In this document: positions 48,840 through 57,875 of the stretch, one piece after another
Layout: each line of letters starts with the position of its first letter
Numbering within the stretch: position 1 is the first letter of the stretch
Origin: Spirochaetia bacterium
GTDB lineage: Bacteria; Spirochaetota; Spirochaetia; CADAEX01
NCBI GenBank assembly: GCA_045606105.1
Contig: JAZURI010000011.1
Location: forward strand, 1 to 64,000
Direction: 5' to 3'
Length of the DNA stretch: 64,000 nucleotides
The notes under the pieces: model-generated
What the model was told of the DNA's origin: nothing
Database searches by the model: none
What the model saw: the letters and a program-made list of their open reading frames with translations, nothing else
Translations under genes and position numbers: made by a program

Positions 48840-50186
48840 TTAGCCTTTAAAGTAGAATTCCCGTATGTAATCCACTTCGCTTTCGCTGATACCCAGATTA
48901 TCGGCTATATGCCTGTTGTCCCAGCCCAGCTCTATGAGCCTCTTTATGTGGTTCTCGGTTTCGCTGCTGTTCTTTTCCGGTACGGCTGATGTTGCCGGTC
49001 TGTTTCCGGTAAGGCCTCCCAGAAGAGAGATATTTTCCTCCGCCCTCTTGTTCTGGTCCATGAGACCGGTTTCAGTTCTGGCAATCCATGCCATCCTGGA
49101 GCTTAGCTCCTCCAGCTGCTTTTCGGTTACAGGCCTCAGCTCCCTGAGCTCCTCCAGCATCTTTCCTGTTTCTTCAATCAGTGATGCCTGTGCCTCTATG
49201 GTGCTGCTGAGACTGCCCAGCTTTTCACGGTATTCCGCACTGAGCCTTTCATATTCATCCCTGAAGCCCCGGACAAAATCCTCCGAAAAAACCGAAATCT
49301 TTCCTGAAATATCGGTGGCTGCAACCTCACGGAGAGTATCAATTTCCCCCTTGAGTCCGTTGAAGGTCTCCTCAAGCTTTTCACTTCCTGATATAAGCTG
49401 TTCCACTGCTGCAAGTCTGCCTCCGATGGCTTCCTTATATGCATCAAGCTGTGCGAAAACATCATTTTTAAGGGTTTCCAGCCTCTGCCGGCTCTCCCTG
49501 TCCAGTTCTGCAAAAAGACCCTCTTCGGCATTTCTGTTGGATTCCTTAAGGAGGTTGAGTCCGGCTGTATGCTCTGCGGCAATTTTTTTAATGTCTGACT
49601 CCACATCGTCCCGGAGCTTTGCCGTCTTTTCATTGAAGCCGGCATACCGTTCCTCGGCCAGTTCAAGTTCATTCCTGATGGAATTGAGCTTCAGCTCCAC
49701 ATTGTTGAGAACCTTTACTCCCAGCGCCTCCACGGCAGACTGGTTGCTTCTGTTCAGCTCCTCCAGAACCGAGATTCTTTCCCTTTTTACATTTTCCAGT
49801 TCTTCCCGGAGAGAGGTGACAATCCTTCCCTTTTCTTCCAGTATGGCAAGATTGGCATCTGCACTTTTTGTGGCATCGGCTACTGTATTTATGGCTTTAC
49901 GGCAGGCTTCGACCTCCCCGTGCCGTCGTCTGAAATCATCGTATACACCCTGGAGTGTCTTTTCCTCCGCTTCCAGCATGCTGAGGAGATCGGAAATTTT
50001 CTGTTCTGTTTCCTCTACTTTTTTATCAAGCTTACGGAAAGCACCTTCAGCCCGCTTAGAGAAGTTTTTTACAGTATTGAGAGATCTATCGGAGGCTCTG
50101 AAAAACAGGCTGACAACCACAACCAAAAAGATAGTTATGCCGATGTTGATCCAGAAACCTGCATTACCTATCATTTCCAAGTACAT
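48840..50186 (-). CDS. Membrane-anchored coiled-coil protein with C-terminal HTH-like tail (spirochaete SpiroCoCo-like)
   Basis: N-terminal TM plus DRSLNTVK; long heptad region; C-terminal LIELGWDNRHIADNLGISESEVDYI. Confidence 0.7.
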   Translation of the reverse strand: MYLEMIGNAGFWINIGITIFLVVVVSLFFRASDRSLNTVKNFSKRAEGAFRKLDKKVEETEQKISDLLSMLEAEEKTLQGVYDDFRRRHGEVEACRKAINTVADATKSADANLAILEEKGRIVTSLREELENVKRERISVLEELNRSNQSAVEALGVKVLNNVELKLNSIRNELELAEERYAGFNEKTAKLRDDVESDIKKIAAEHTAGLNLLKESNRNAEEGLFAELDRESRQRLETLKNDVFAQLDAYKEAIGGRLAAVEQLISGSEKLEETFNGLKGEIDTLREVAATDISGKISVFSEDFVRGFRDEYERLSAEYREKLGSLSSTIEAQASLIEETGKMLEELRELRPVTEKQLEELSSRMAWIARTETGLMDQNKRAEENISLLGGLTGNRPATSAVPEKNSSETENHIKRLIELGWDNRHIADNLGISESEVDYIREFYFKG

Positions 50187-50835
50187 ATCTCCGTAAAACT
50201 TCGTAATCCGAAAAGGTCAGATCTGCAATGCTGCCTGGCACTTCCTTTCGGGAAAAATGAGCTGCCAGCATTCCGGCACCCTTTGCCCCTATTATATCAT
50301 ATTTATAATTATTTCCAACATAAATTATTTCTTCAGGTGAAATACCAAGCTGCTCCGACATCATAAGGAAGGGCGCGCTGTCAGGCTTGAGACTTCCTAC
50401 CTCGTCGGCAGAGAGGGCCGAATCCCAGAAACGGTCCAGACCCAGATATGAAAGCTTGTTTCTGATAGGGAAATCCGAAATGACACCCAGCTTCAGCCCT
50501 GCACTGCGGAATTCCTCCAGAACGGGACTCACCTCCGGAAATGGTTTTACATCACGGAACATGGACATGTATTTTCCGTAGATAAGCTCCTCAAGAAGAT
50601 ACTCTGCCTTTTCAGCCGGAATCCTGAGATATCCTGCTGCCAGGGAAACCTGTGCCAGATGAAGATCCTCCACGCCGCCTATCTGCCTTACATCCCGGCG
50701 AAGCTGATTGAAGGCCAGGCTGATGAGGGGATGGGAAAGAAAAAAACGGACAGAACGGGAAATCATACAGCTATTCGGATAAAGTGTCCCGTCAACATCA
50801 AAAACCACTGCCTTAATTATTCTTTCTTTTTCCAT
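50164..50835 (-). CDS. HAD family hydrolase
   Basis: FDVDGTLY, ISD, KPD, YVGNNYKYDIIGA. Confidence 0.92.
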   Translation of the reverse strand: MEKERIIKAVVFDVDGTLYPNSCMISRSVRFFLSHPLISLAFNQLRRDVRQIGGVEDLHLAQVSLAAGYLRIPAEKAEYLLEELIYGKYMSMFRDVKPFPEVSPVLEEFRSAGLKLGVISDFPIRNKLSYLGLDRFWDSALSADEVGSLKPDSAPFLMMSEQLGISPEEIIYVGNNYKYDIIGAKGAGMLAAHFSRKEVPGSIADLTFSDYEVLRRYVLGNDR

Positions 50836-50873
50836 ATTATATATTTATAACAAAAGCCGACTACTTGCAAGCG

Positions 50874-50903
50874 AAAAAAAAGGCTTCCTTTTCAGGAAGC
50901 CTT
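50874..50903 (-). terminator. Intrinsic terminator of the decarboxylase operon
   Basis: AAGGCTTCCT-loop-AGGAAGCCTT followed by a T-run on the minus strand. Confidence 0.85.
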
Positions 50904-50922
50904 CCGCAATCAATAAGATAAC

Positions 50923-52041
50923 TTATTTTGCAAGAGAAAGGAGAATACCGGCAGCAACTGCTGATCCGATTACACCCGCTACGTTTGGTCCCATAGCGTT
51001 CATAAGGAGGAAGTTGCTAGGATCGGCTTTCTGACCCTCTTTCTGTACAACTCTGGCTGCCATAGGTACGGCAGATACACCGGCTGCACCGATCATAGGG
51101 TTTACCCTGCCCTTTGTGATAATCTTAAGAAGCTGTCCGAAGAGTACACCACCTGCAGTTCCCATACAGAATGCAACAAGACCCATACAGATGATCATGA
51201 TTGTCTGGATAGTGAGGAAGTGCTCTGCTGACATCTTTGAACCTACCGCGAGACCCAGGAAGATTGTTACGATGTTCATGAGTTCGTTTCCGGCTGTCTT
51301 TGTAAGTCTTTCTGTAACACCGCATTCCTTGAAGAGGTTACCGAGCATGAGCATACCGAGGAGGGCAGCTGAATCCGGAACCAGGAGAGATGCTACGATA
51401 CATACGATGATAGGGAAAAGGATCTTAGTTGTCTTTGATGCTTCCTTAACTTCTGACATTCTTATCTTTCTGTCCTTCTCGGATGTAAGAGCTCTGATGA
51501 TAGGAGGCTGGATAAACGGTACGAGAGCCATGTAAGAGTAGGCTGCTACCGCAATAGGTCCCAGCAGATGAGGTGCCAGCTTTGATGTTACGAAGATAGC
51601 TGTAGGTCCGTCCGCACCACCGATAATACCGATGGAAGCAGCTTCGCAGAATGTGAATCCGAGAGCCTTTGCACCGATAAGTGTAGCGAAGATACCGAGC
51701 TGAGCCGCAGCACCGAGAAGGAATGTAATAGGGTTTGCAAGGAGCGGACCGAAGTCTGTCATCGCACCGATTCCCAGGAAGATGATTGGTGGGAAAAGAC
51801 CCTTTTCTACACCGAAGTAGAAATACTTGAGAAGTCCTCCCTCATCCATAAGTCCTGTGATAGGAAGGTTTACAAGAATACAACCGAATCCGATCGGAAC
51901 CAGGAGGAGTGGTTCAAACCCACGTACAATACCGAGATAAAGGAGGATACATCCGATACCTATCATCACGATATACTGCCATGTGAGGTTTGTAAAACCT
52001 GTACTGGAGAAGATGGACTGAATTAAATCTAAAATTTCCAT
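50923..52041 (-). CDS. Na+-translocating decarboxylase beta subunit (OadB/MmdB family)
   Basis: FEPLLLVPIGFG, GIIGGADGPT, AAYSYMALVP, GVSAVPMAARV, MGPNVAGVIGS. Confidence 0.96.
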   Translation of the reverse strand: MEILDLIQSIFSSTGFTNLTWQYIVMIGIGCILLYLGIVRGFEPLLLVPIGFGCILVNLPITGLMDEGGLLKYFYFGVEKGLFPPIIFLGIGAMTDFGPLLANPITFLLGAAAQLGIFATLIGAKALGFTFCEAASIGIIGGADGPTAIFVTSKLAPHLLGPIAVAAYSYMALVPFIQPPIIRALTSEKDRKIRMSEVKEASKTTKILFPIIVCIVASLLVPDSAALLGMLMLGNLFKECGVTERLTKTAGNELMNIVTIFLGLAVGSKMSAEHFLTIQTIMIICMGLVAFCMGTAGGVLFGQLLKIITKGRVNPMIGAAGVSAVPMAARVVQKEGQKADPSNFLLMNAMGPNVAGVIGSAVAAGILLSLAK

Positions 52042-52051
52042 GCTTTACCCC

Positions 52052-52477
52052 TTATGCCAATTTAACGATGGCCTGGCCTTTCTGTACGCTTGCTCCCGCT
52101 GCAAGACAAACTTCAGCAACTGTTCCGTCACATGGAGCGAATACTTCCATGTCCATTTTCATTGCTTCCATGATAACTACAACCTGTCCGTTCTTAACTG
52201 CATCGCCCGGTTTAACCTTTACGTCTTTTACTGTTCCAGGCATTGGAGCTGCTACGTCCTTAGCGCCGGCTGCTGCTACAGGTGCAGGAGCTGCTGCTAC
52301 AGGTGCTGCTGCAGGTGCTGCAACAGGTGCTCTTCTTGGTGCTGCCTTCTTGGCGCCTCCGAGAATCTTTACGCTGTATGTCTTACCATCTTTTGTAAGT
52401 GTGAGGTTGTCTCCGTCTCTTTCAACGTCAACTTTGTATTTGTTTCCCTCAAATTCGAAATTAATTTCTTTTTTCAT
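52052..52477 (-). CDS. Biotin carboxyl carrier subunit (MmdC-like)
   Basis: Ala/Pro linker; APMPG; EAMKM biotinylation motif. Confidence 0.95.
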   Translation of the reverse strand: MKKEINFEFEGNKYKVDVERDGDNLTLTKDGKTYSVKILGGAKKAAPRRAPVAAPAAAPVAAAPAPVAAAGAKDVAAPMPGTVKDVKVKPGDAVKNGQVVVIMEAMKMDMEVFAPCDGTVAEVCLAAGASVQKGQAIVKLA

Positions 52478-52821
52478 CTGTTAACTCCAGAAAATCTTTT
52501 TGTTACCCTTGGCGCAGAAGCCCAGGAGTCGTATTTCAAGTTCTCACTTGGTGTCCATGCAAGAGCTGATACCGGCTCTTCATCCTCTTCAATGTATGCG
52601 GCAACTGCTGCAATGATCCAGTCATTGTTCTCAGCTGCACTTTCTGCTGCTGGAGCAGCTGCTGCAGCTGCAGGAGCCGGAGCTGCTGCAGGAGCTTTCT
52701 TTGCGTTGTCGATCTTTCCGAGAATAACCATAACAACTGCAAGGAATGCAAGGAAGAAGAAAACGAGTGGTACACCGATAAGTGTAGATACTAATACATA
52801 ACTCATTGTGTCGATATTCAT
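52474..52821 (-). CDS. Decarboxylase gamma/delta subunit (OadG/MmdD-like)
   Basis: Single TM, Ala/Pro linker, IIAAVAAY; position between alpha and biotin carrier genes. Confidence 0.85.
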   Translation of the reverse strand: MNIDTMSYVLVSTLIGVPLVFFFLAFLAVVMVILGKIDNAKKAPAAAPAPAAAAAAPAAESAAENNDWIIAAVAAYIEEDEEPVSALAWTPSENLKYDSWASAPRVTKRFSGVNR

Positions 52822-52835
52822 ATCTCACCCCAACA

Positions 52836-54386
52836 TCAGAGAGGAATGTTACCATGCTTTTTAGCCGGTCTGTCTTCTCTTTTTGTAATGTGCATTTCAA
52901 CAGATCTGATAAGCTCTGTTCTTGCGTATTTAGGATCGATAACATCGTCAACATATCCGTAACCAGCAGCTACGAATGGGTTCATAACTTCTGCTTCGAA
53001 TTCAGCGATCTTTTCAGCTCTCTTTGCAGCAGGATCTTCAGCAGCCTTGATGTCCTTTCTGAAGATGATGTTTGCAGCACCGGCAGCTCCCATTACAGCA
53101 ATCTGTGATGTAGGGAATGCGATGGTTCTGTCATATCCGAGCTGTTTTGCTGACATTGCGATGAATGCTCCGCCGTATGACTTTCTTACGATGAGAGCTA
53201 CCTTTGGAACTGTTGCTTCTGCAATAGCGTAAAGGATCTTTGCACCGTGTCTGATGATTCCGCCGTGTTCCTGTTCAACGCCTGGGAGGAAGCCCGGTAC
53301 GTCTACGAGTGAAATGATAGGAATGTTGAATGCATCACAGAATCTGATGAATCTTGCACCCTTGTCGGATGAATTGATGTCAAGTGAAGCTGCGAAGAAT
53401 TTAGGGTTGTTGGCGAAAATACCAACTGTTCTACCGTTGAGCTTTGCGAAACCTACAACTACGTTCTTTGCGAAATCAGCCTGTACTTCGAGGAAGCTGT
53501 CTGTATCGAAGATTGAGTAGATGAATTCCTTCATGTCATAGCCCTGGTTGATGTTGTCAGGGAGAATATCCATAAGTTCAGGAGTTTCTCTGTCAACAGG
53601 GTCTGTGCAAGGTGCAACAGGAGCTGGCTCCATATTGTTTGCAGGGAGATAGCTGAGAAGCTTTCTTACACCTTCGATACAAGCCTCTTCTGTAGGGTAT
53701 CTGAAGTGTGCAACACCGCTTGTTCCGCAGTGAGCCTGAGCACCGCCGAGAGCTTCCTGTGAGATGTCCTCACCTGTTACCGCTCTGATAACTTCAGGTC
53801 CTGTGATATACATGTTACTGATACCGTCAACCATGAAGATGAAGTCTGTGATTGCAGGGGAATATACAGCACCGCCTGCGCAAGGTCCGAGAATTACGGA
53901 AATCTGAGGAATAACACCGGAAGAAATTGTATTGTTTCTGAAAAGTTTTCCGTATCCGCCGAGTGCAAGGATACCTTCCTGGATTCTAGCTCCGCCGGAA
54001 TCGTTAACCTGGATAAAAGGTGTTCCGTTCTTGAGTGCAAGTGCCTGAGCATTTGCAATTCTTTCTGCGTGCATCTCACCGAGTGATCCGCCGAGTACTG
54101 TAAAGTCCTGTGAAGAAACAAAAACCTGTTTTCCGTCTACCTTACCGCAACCTGTAACAACACCGTCTCCCAAGAATTTCTGTTTGTCGAGTCCGAACTT
54201 GTCAGCACGTCCTGTCATGTAAGTTCCGTCTTCAATGAAAGATCCCTCGTCAAACATGAGATTGATTCTTTCTCTTGCTGTGAGCTTTCCTTTTTCGTGC
54301 TGTGCAGCTATTCTGGCTTCTCCGCCACCTGCAAGCATCTTGGAGCGCATTTCCTTAAATTTCTGTAACGCTTCTTTGTTACCCAA
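52836..54386 (-). CDS. Acyl-CoA carboxyltransferase (methylmalonyl-CoA decarboxylase alpha subunit-like)
   Basis: GKLTARERI, QDFTVLGGSLG, DSGGARIQEG, GPCAGGAVYSPA, DVPGFLPG, KKHGNIPL; TTG start with SD GGAGG. Confidence 0.93.
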   Translation of the reverse strand: MGNKEALQKFKEMRSKMLAGGGEARIAAQHEKGKLTARERINLMFDEGSFIEDGTYMTGRADKFGLDKQKFLGDGVVTGCGKVDGKQVFVSSQDFTVLGGSLGEMHAERIANAQALALKNGTPFIQVNDSGGARIQEGILALGGYGKLFRNNTISSGVIPQISVILGPCAGGAVYSPAITDFIFMVDGISNMYITGPEVIRAVTGEDISQEALGGAQAHCGTSGVAHFRYPTEEACIEGVRKLLSYLPANNMEPAPVAPCTDPVDRETPELMDILPDNINQGYDMKEFIYSIFDTDSFLEVQADFAKNVVVGFAKLNGRTVGIFANNPKFFAASLDINSSDKGARFIRFCDAFNIPIISLVDVPGFLPGVEQEHGGIIRHGAKILYAIAEATVPKVALIVRKSYGGAFIAMSAKQLGYDRTIAFPTSQIAVMGAAGAANIIFRKDIKAAEDPAAKRAEKIAEFEAEVMNPFVAAGYGYVDDVIDPKYARTELIRSVEMHITKREDRPAKKHGNIPL

Positions 54387-54547
54387 CTTAATCCTCCTGT
54401 CGGTTTTTTATATAAAACTATAAAAAAATACTTTTTTGCTAAAAGTATAAATTAGTTTTTTATACCATATTTGGTTCTTTTAAACTACAAACAAGACTGA
54501 ATTAAACAGTCGATTATTCATAATTTTTCTCATTGCCTTCATAACCG

Positions 54548-55381
54548 TCAGTTATTCTTTTTGAAATTTTCAATAAGTTTCCGACTGATACTTCCGAAGG
54601 GCGGAATTTCAGGGAGCTCGTCCGCACCGAACCAGCCTGCCTTGTCCAGCTCTTCCCCGTCGGGAATCACCTCTCCGGACTCGTACTCGGCAGTAAATCC
54701 CAGCATCATGGAATTGGGAAACGGCCAGCTCTGGCTTCCGAAATACCTGATATTCTTAACAGTGATGCCAACCTCCTCCATAAGCTCCCGGCGGATGGTG
54801 TCCTCCGCACTTTCCCCGCTTTCAACGAAGCCTGCCAGGACACTGTACCTTTCCGGTACATGGTTGTATCTCACATTATGGGCCAGCAGCAGCTTGTCTC
54901 CCTTGGTCACGGCCACTATAACTGCCGGAGAGATAACCGGATAATCGGTTCTTCCGCAGCCTGTGCATACCTTTGCCCTTTCCTTTACGGAATTGACTGC
55001 GGGGCTGCCGCATGCCGGGCAGAATTTCCAGCTTTCGTTCCAACGGCAGATATGGAGCGCCCGGCATACCAGGGCAAACCACTCCTCCCCTATGGTACAG
55101 AAAAGATCCCTGGGGGATGCATAGTTGAAGCTGGCAACGCCGCAGCAGTTGTAGCACAGCTCCTCTGTTTCAAAGACCTGGGCGGCAAAGACATTCTTAC
55201 CGTCAAGCTTTCCTATGTAAACCGGCTCCGTGGTTTTCAGTCCCAGCTCGGAGGGAGCCAGGAGTACCGGAAATGTTATGTCATTTCCCTTGCCGAAGTA
55301 AAGGATAGTATCCTTCTTGAAAAGAAACCAGTAACCCCTTTCGGATTGATTGCTGCAGTGCAGTCCCGGTTCAAAGTTCAT
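54548..55381 (-). CDS. nudC: NAD(+)/NADH diphosphatase NudC
   Basis: FCPACG...CTGC zinc ribbon, Nudix box AGFVESGESAEDTIRRELMEEVG, SQSWPFP. Confidence 0.93.
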   Translation of the reverse strand: MNFEPGLHCSNQSERGYWFLFKKDTILYFGKGNDITFPVLLAPSELGLKTTEPVYIGKLDGKNVFAAQVFETEELCYNCCGVASFNYASPRDLFCTIGEEWFALVCRALHICRWNESWKFCPACGSPAVNSVKERAKVCTGCGRTDYPVISPAVIVAVTKGDKLLLAHNVRYNHVPERYSVLAGFVESGESAEDTIRRELMEEVGITVKNIRYFGSQSWPFPNSMMLGFTAEYESGEVIPDGEELDKAGWFGADELPEIPPFGSISRKLIENFKKNN

Positions 55382-56013
55382 ATTTCCCCCTGTTTGTCTA
55401 TCTTCACGAAATTCCGCTCGTCATCAAGGAACGGAACCTCTGCCCTGATTATCGATGCCGATTTCCTGATATCCTCAGGCAGCATGGCTGTTTCCCTTTC
55501 CGCCTCCGCCCTTTTTCCCTTGAAGGCAAAAAGGGATCCTCCCGGAGAGGCCAGATTATAAAGGGCCGGAAAGTATTCATGGAATTTTCCCAGAGCCCTG
55601 AAAAAGACTATGTCATACCGATCCCTGACCAGTGCGGCATCCATGTTCAGGACCTCCACATTGGGTGCATTTATCATGACGGCGGTATTGGCAAGAAAAT
55701 CGCTTTTACGCCCTGAACGCTCAATGAGGGCAAACTTCCTGTCAGGAAAGGCAATGGCCATTATCATCCCGGGAAAGCCGCCGCCGCTTCCCACATCACA
55801 GGCTGTCGAGAAATTCATCCTGCGTATATGGGGGACAGCCGAAAAGGAATCGAGAAAATGCTTTACCGTAAGCTCATCACCGGAGGCATTGACCAGACCG
55901 TACTTGCCGTTCCAGAGCTCCAGCTCCTGTCTGTAGAGCATGACCTGTCTCTTCTGTCTTTCATCCAGCTCTATTCCCAGCCTTTCAAGGCCTTCATTCA
56001 GCAGTGTTTCCAT
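55378..56013 (-). CDS. rsmG: 16S rRNA m7G527 methyltransferase
   Basis: HFLDS, DVGSGGGFPG, RA, FKG; follows mnmG. Confidence 0.95.
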   Translation of the reverse strand: METLLNEGLERLGIELDERQKRQVMLYRQELELWNGKYGLVNASGDELTVKHFLDSFSAVPHIRRMNFSTACDVGSGGGFPGMIMAIAFPDRKFALIERSGRKSDFLANTAVMINAPNVEVLNMDAALVRDRYDIVFFRALGKFHEYFPALYNLASPGGSLFAFKGKRAEAERETAMLPEDIRKSASIIRAEVPFLDDERNFVKIDKQGEI

Positions 56014-57874
56014 TATTCTTCCCCAGATGTATCATAAGCACGGCTATGTCAGAGGTCCTGACACCTGAAATCCTGGAGGCCTGTCCCAGTGTTGCCGGAA
56101 GTACCTGCCTGAACTTAAGCCTGGATTCCGCAGAAAGGCTCTCCACCGAATCGTAGTCGAAACCGGCAGGAATAACCATCTTTTCCATACGCTCCATCCT
56201 GCTGTTCTGCCTTTCCTGCTTGGCAATGTAGCCGTCATACTTTATATCCAGCTCTATCTGGTCCAGCCAGGCCGGATTCACCCCTTCACGGATGGAAGGA
56301 TCAAGCTCCAGAAGCGTATTGAGTGCCACCTCAGGATCCCTGATTATCTGTTCAAAGCTCTTGCCTGTATGACGGCGGAGAACCCGGTCACCGGCCAGCC
56401 TTTCGCTGCGGTCCAGCTCCTTTCCCCCCAGTCTCCGTTTTGCAAGAAGCTCCTTGATTTCGTCAATCTTTGATTTTTTCTCCAGGAACATGTCGTGGAT
56501 GACCTCAGGTACAAGCCCTGCCCTGTAACCCTTTTCCAGAAGACGCAGATCTGCGGTATCGTGCCTGAGAGAAAGACGGTGCTCGGCCCTGGAGGTGAAC
56601 ATCCTGTAGGGCTCCTTGGTTCCCATGGTTACCAGATCGTCGATAAGGACACCGATATAGGCCTCTGTTCTCGTAAGGACGAGAGGCTCCTTTCCCTGAA
56701 GATACATGGCTGCGTTTATACCTGCCATGAGCCCCTGGCATCCGGCCTCCTCATAGCCTGAGGTACCGTTTGTCTGACCGGCCATGAAAAGCCCCTTCAG
56801 CCTTTTGGTCATAAGGGAAGGATAAAGCTGCATAGGGTCAAGATAATCGTACTCAACCGCATAGCCCGGTCTCATTATTTCCACATGCTCCAGTCCCGCC
56901 AGGGTATGGAGAAAACGGCTCTGTACCTCCTCCGGCAGGGAGGATGAAATTCCGTTCAGGTACATCTCCTCCGATTCAAGCCCTTCCGGCTCCACGAAGA
57001 TCTGATGCCTTGTCCTGTCGGGAAACCTCTTCACCTTGTCCTCTATGGAAGGACAGTAACGGGGACCGGCTCCGGTTATCATTCCTGAAAAAAGAGGAGA
57101 CTGATGGAAATTGTCCCTGATTATCTTATGGGTCTCCTCGTTGGTATATGTTATCCAGCAGGGAAGCTTTGGACGGGAAACCTTTTCTCCGAAAAAGGAG
57201 AACTGCAGCATCTCCTCATCGCCGTCCTGCCTTTCCATCTTTCCGTAATCCAGGGAATCTCTCCTGACCCTGGCCGGAGTACCGGTCTTCAGACGCCCCA
57301 CCTGAAAACCAAGTCTTCTGAGACTGACTCCCAGACCCTCGGCGGCAGGCTCTCCCAGACGGCCCGAAATCTTGGAATATTTTCCGATGAAGATACGCCC
57401 CTCCATGAAGGTTCCTGTGGTAAGCACCACGGCACGGGCAGTGAAACGCATGTTTCTTTCGGTTATGACCCCCTCTACGGACCGGCCGTCGGAGGAAATG
57501 ATGAAATCTGTTACGGTATCCTGGAACAGATGGAGATTCTTCTGCATTTCAAGGGTATGCTTAGCAAGGGCACTGTAGGCAAACTTGTCGGCCTGGGCCC
57601 TGGGTGCCTGTACCGCCGGTCCCCTGCTCCGGTTGAGGATCCTGAACTGGATCATTGTCCTGTCTATGAGATGGGCCATTTCGCCCCCCAGGGCATCAAT
57701 CTCCCTTACGATGTTTCCCTTGGAAAGGCCACCCACCGCAGGATTGCAGGACAGCTTACCGATGGTATCGATATTCTGTGTTATGAAAAGAGTGTTGAAA
57801 TCAAGTCTTGCGAGAGCCAGTCCTGCCTCTATTCCGGCATGCCCTCCTCCGATTACTATTGCATCAAAATCCAT
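55994..57874 (-). CDS. mnmG: tRNA uridine-34 carboxymethylaminomethyl modification enzyme MnmG (GidA)
   Basis: IGGGHAGIEA, SCNPAVGG, RLKTGTPAR, GPRYCPSIEDK, AGQTNGTSGYEEA. Confidence 0.98.
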   Translation of the reverse strand: MDFDAIVIGGGHAGIEAGLALARLDFNTLFITQNIDTIGKLSCNPAVGGLSKGNIVREIDALGGEMAHLIDRTMIQFRILNRSRGPAVQAPRAQADKFAYSALAKHTLEMQKNLHLFQDTVTDFIISSDGRSVEGVITERNMRFTARAVVLTTGTFMEGRIFIGKYSKISGRLGEPAAEGLGVSLRRLGFQVGRLKTGTPARVRRDSLDYGKMERQDGDEEMLQFSFFGEKVSRPKLPCWITYTNEETHKIIRDNFHQSPLFSGMITGAGPRYCPSIEDKVKRFPDRTRHQIFVEPEGLESEEMYLNGISSSLPEEVQSRFLHTLAGLEHVEIMRPGYAVEYDYLDPMQLYPSLMTKRLKGLFMAGQTNGTSGYEEAGCQGLMAGINAAMYLQGKEPLVLTRTEAYIGVLIDDLVTMGTKEPYRMFTSRAEHRLSLRHDTADLRLLEKGYRAGLVPEVIHDMFLEKKSKIDEIKELLAKRRLGGKELDRSERLAGDRVLRRHTGKSFEQIIRDPEVALNTLLELDPSIREGVNPAWLDQIELDIKYDGYIAKQERQNSRMERMEKMVIPAGFDYDSVESLSAESRLKFRQVLPATLGQASRISGVRTSDIAVLMIHLGKNNGNTAE

Positions 57875-57875
57875 T

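Noticed and set aside
48916-50196. 426-aa plus-strand ORF
   Set aside because: Ser/Leu-rich antisense shadow of the Glu/Lys-rich coiled-coil gene; no SD or domain.
52255-52700. GCT/GCA/CCT-rich low-complexity repeats
   Set aside because: They encode the Ala/Pro linkers of decarboxylase subunits; not CRISPR or VNTR.
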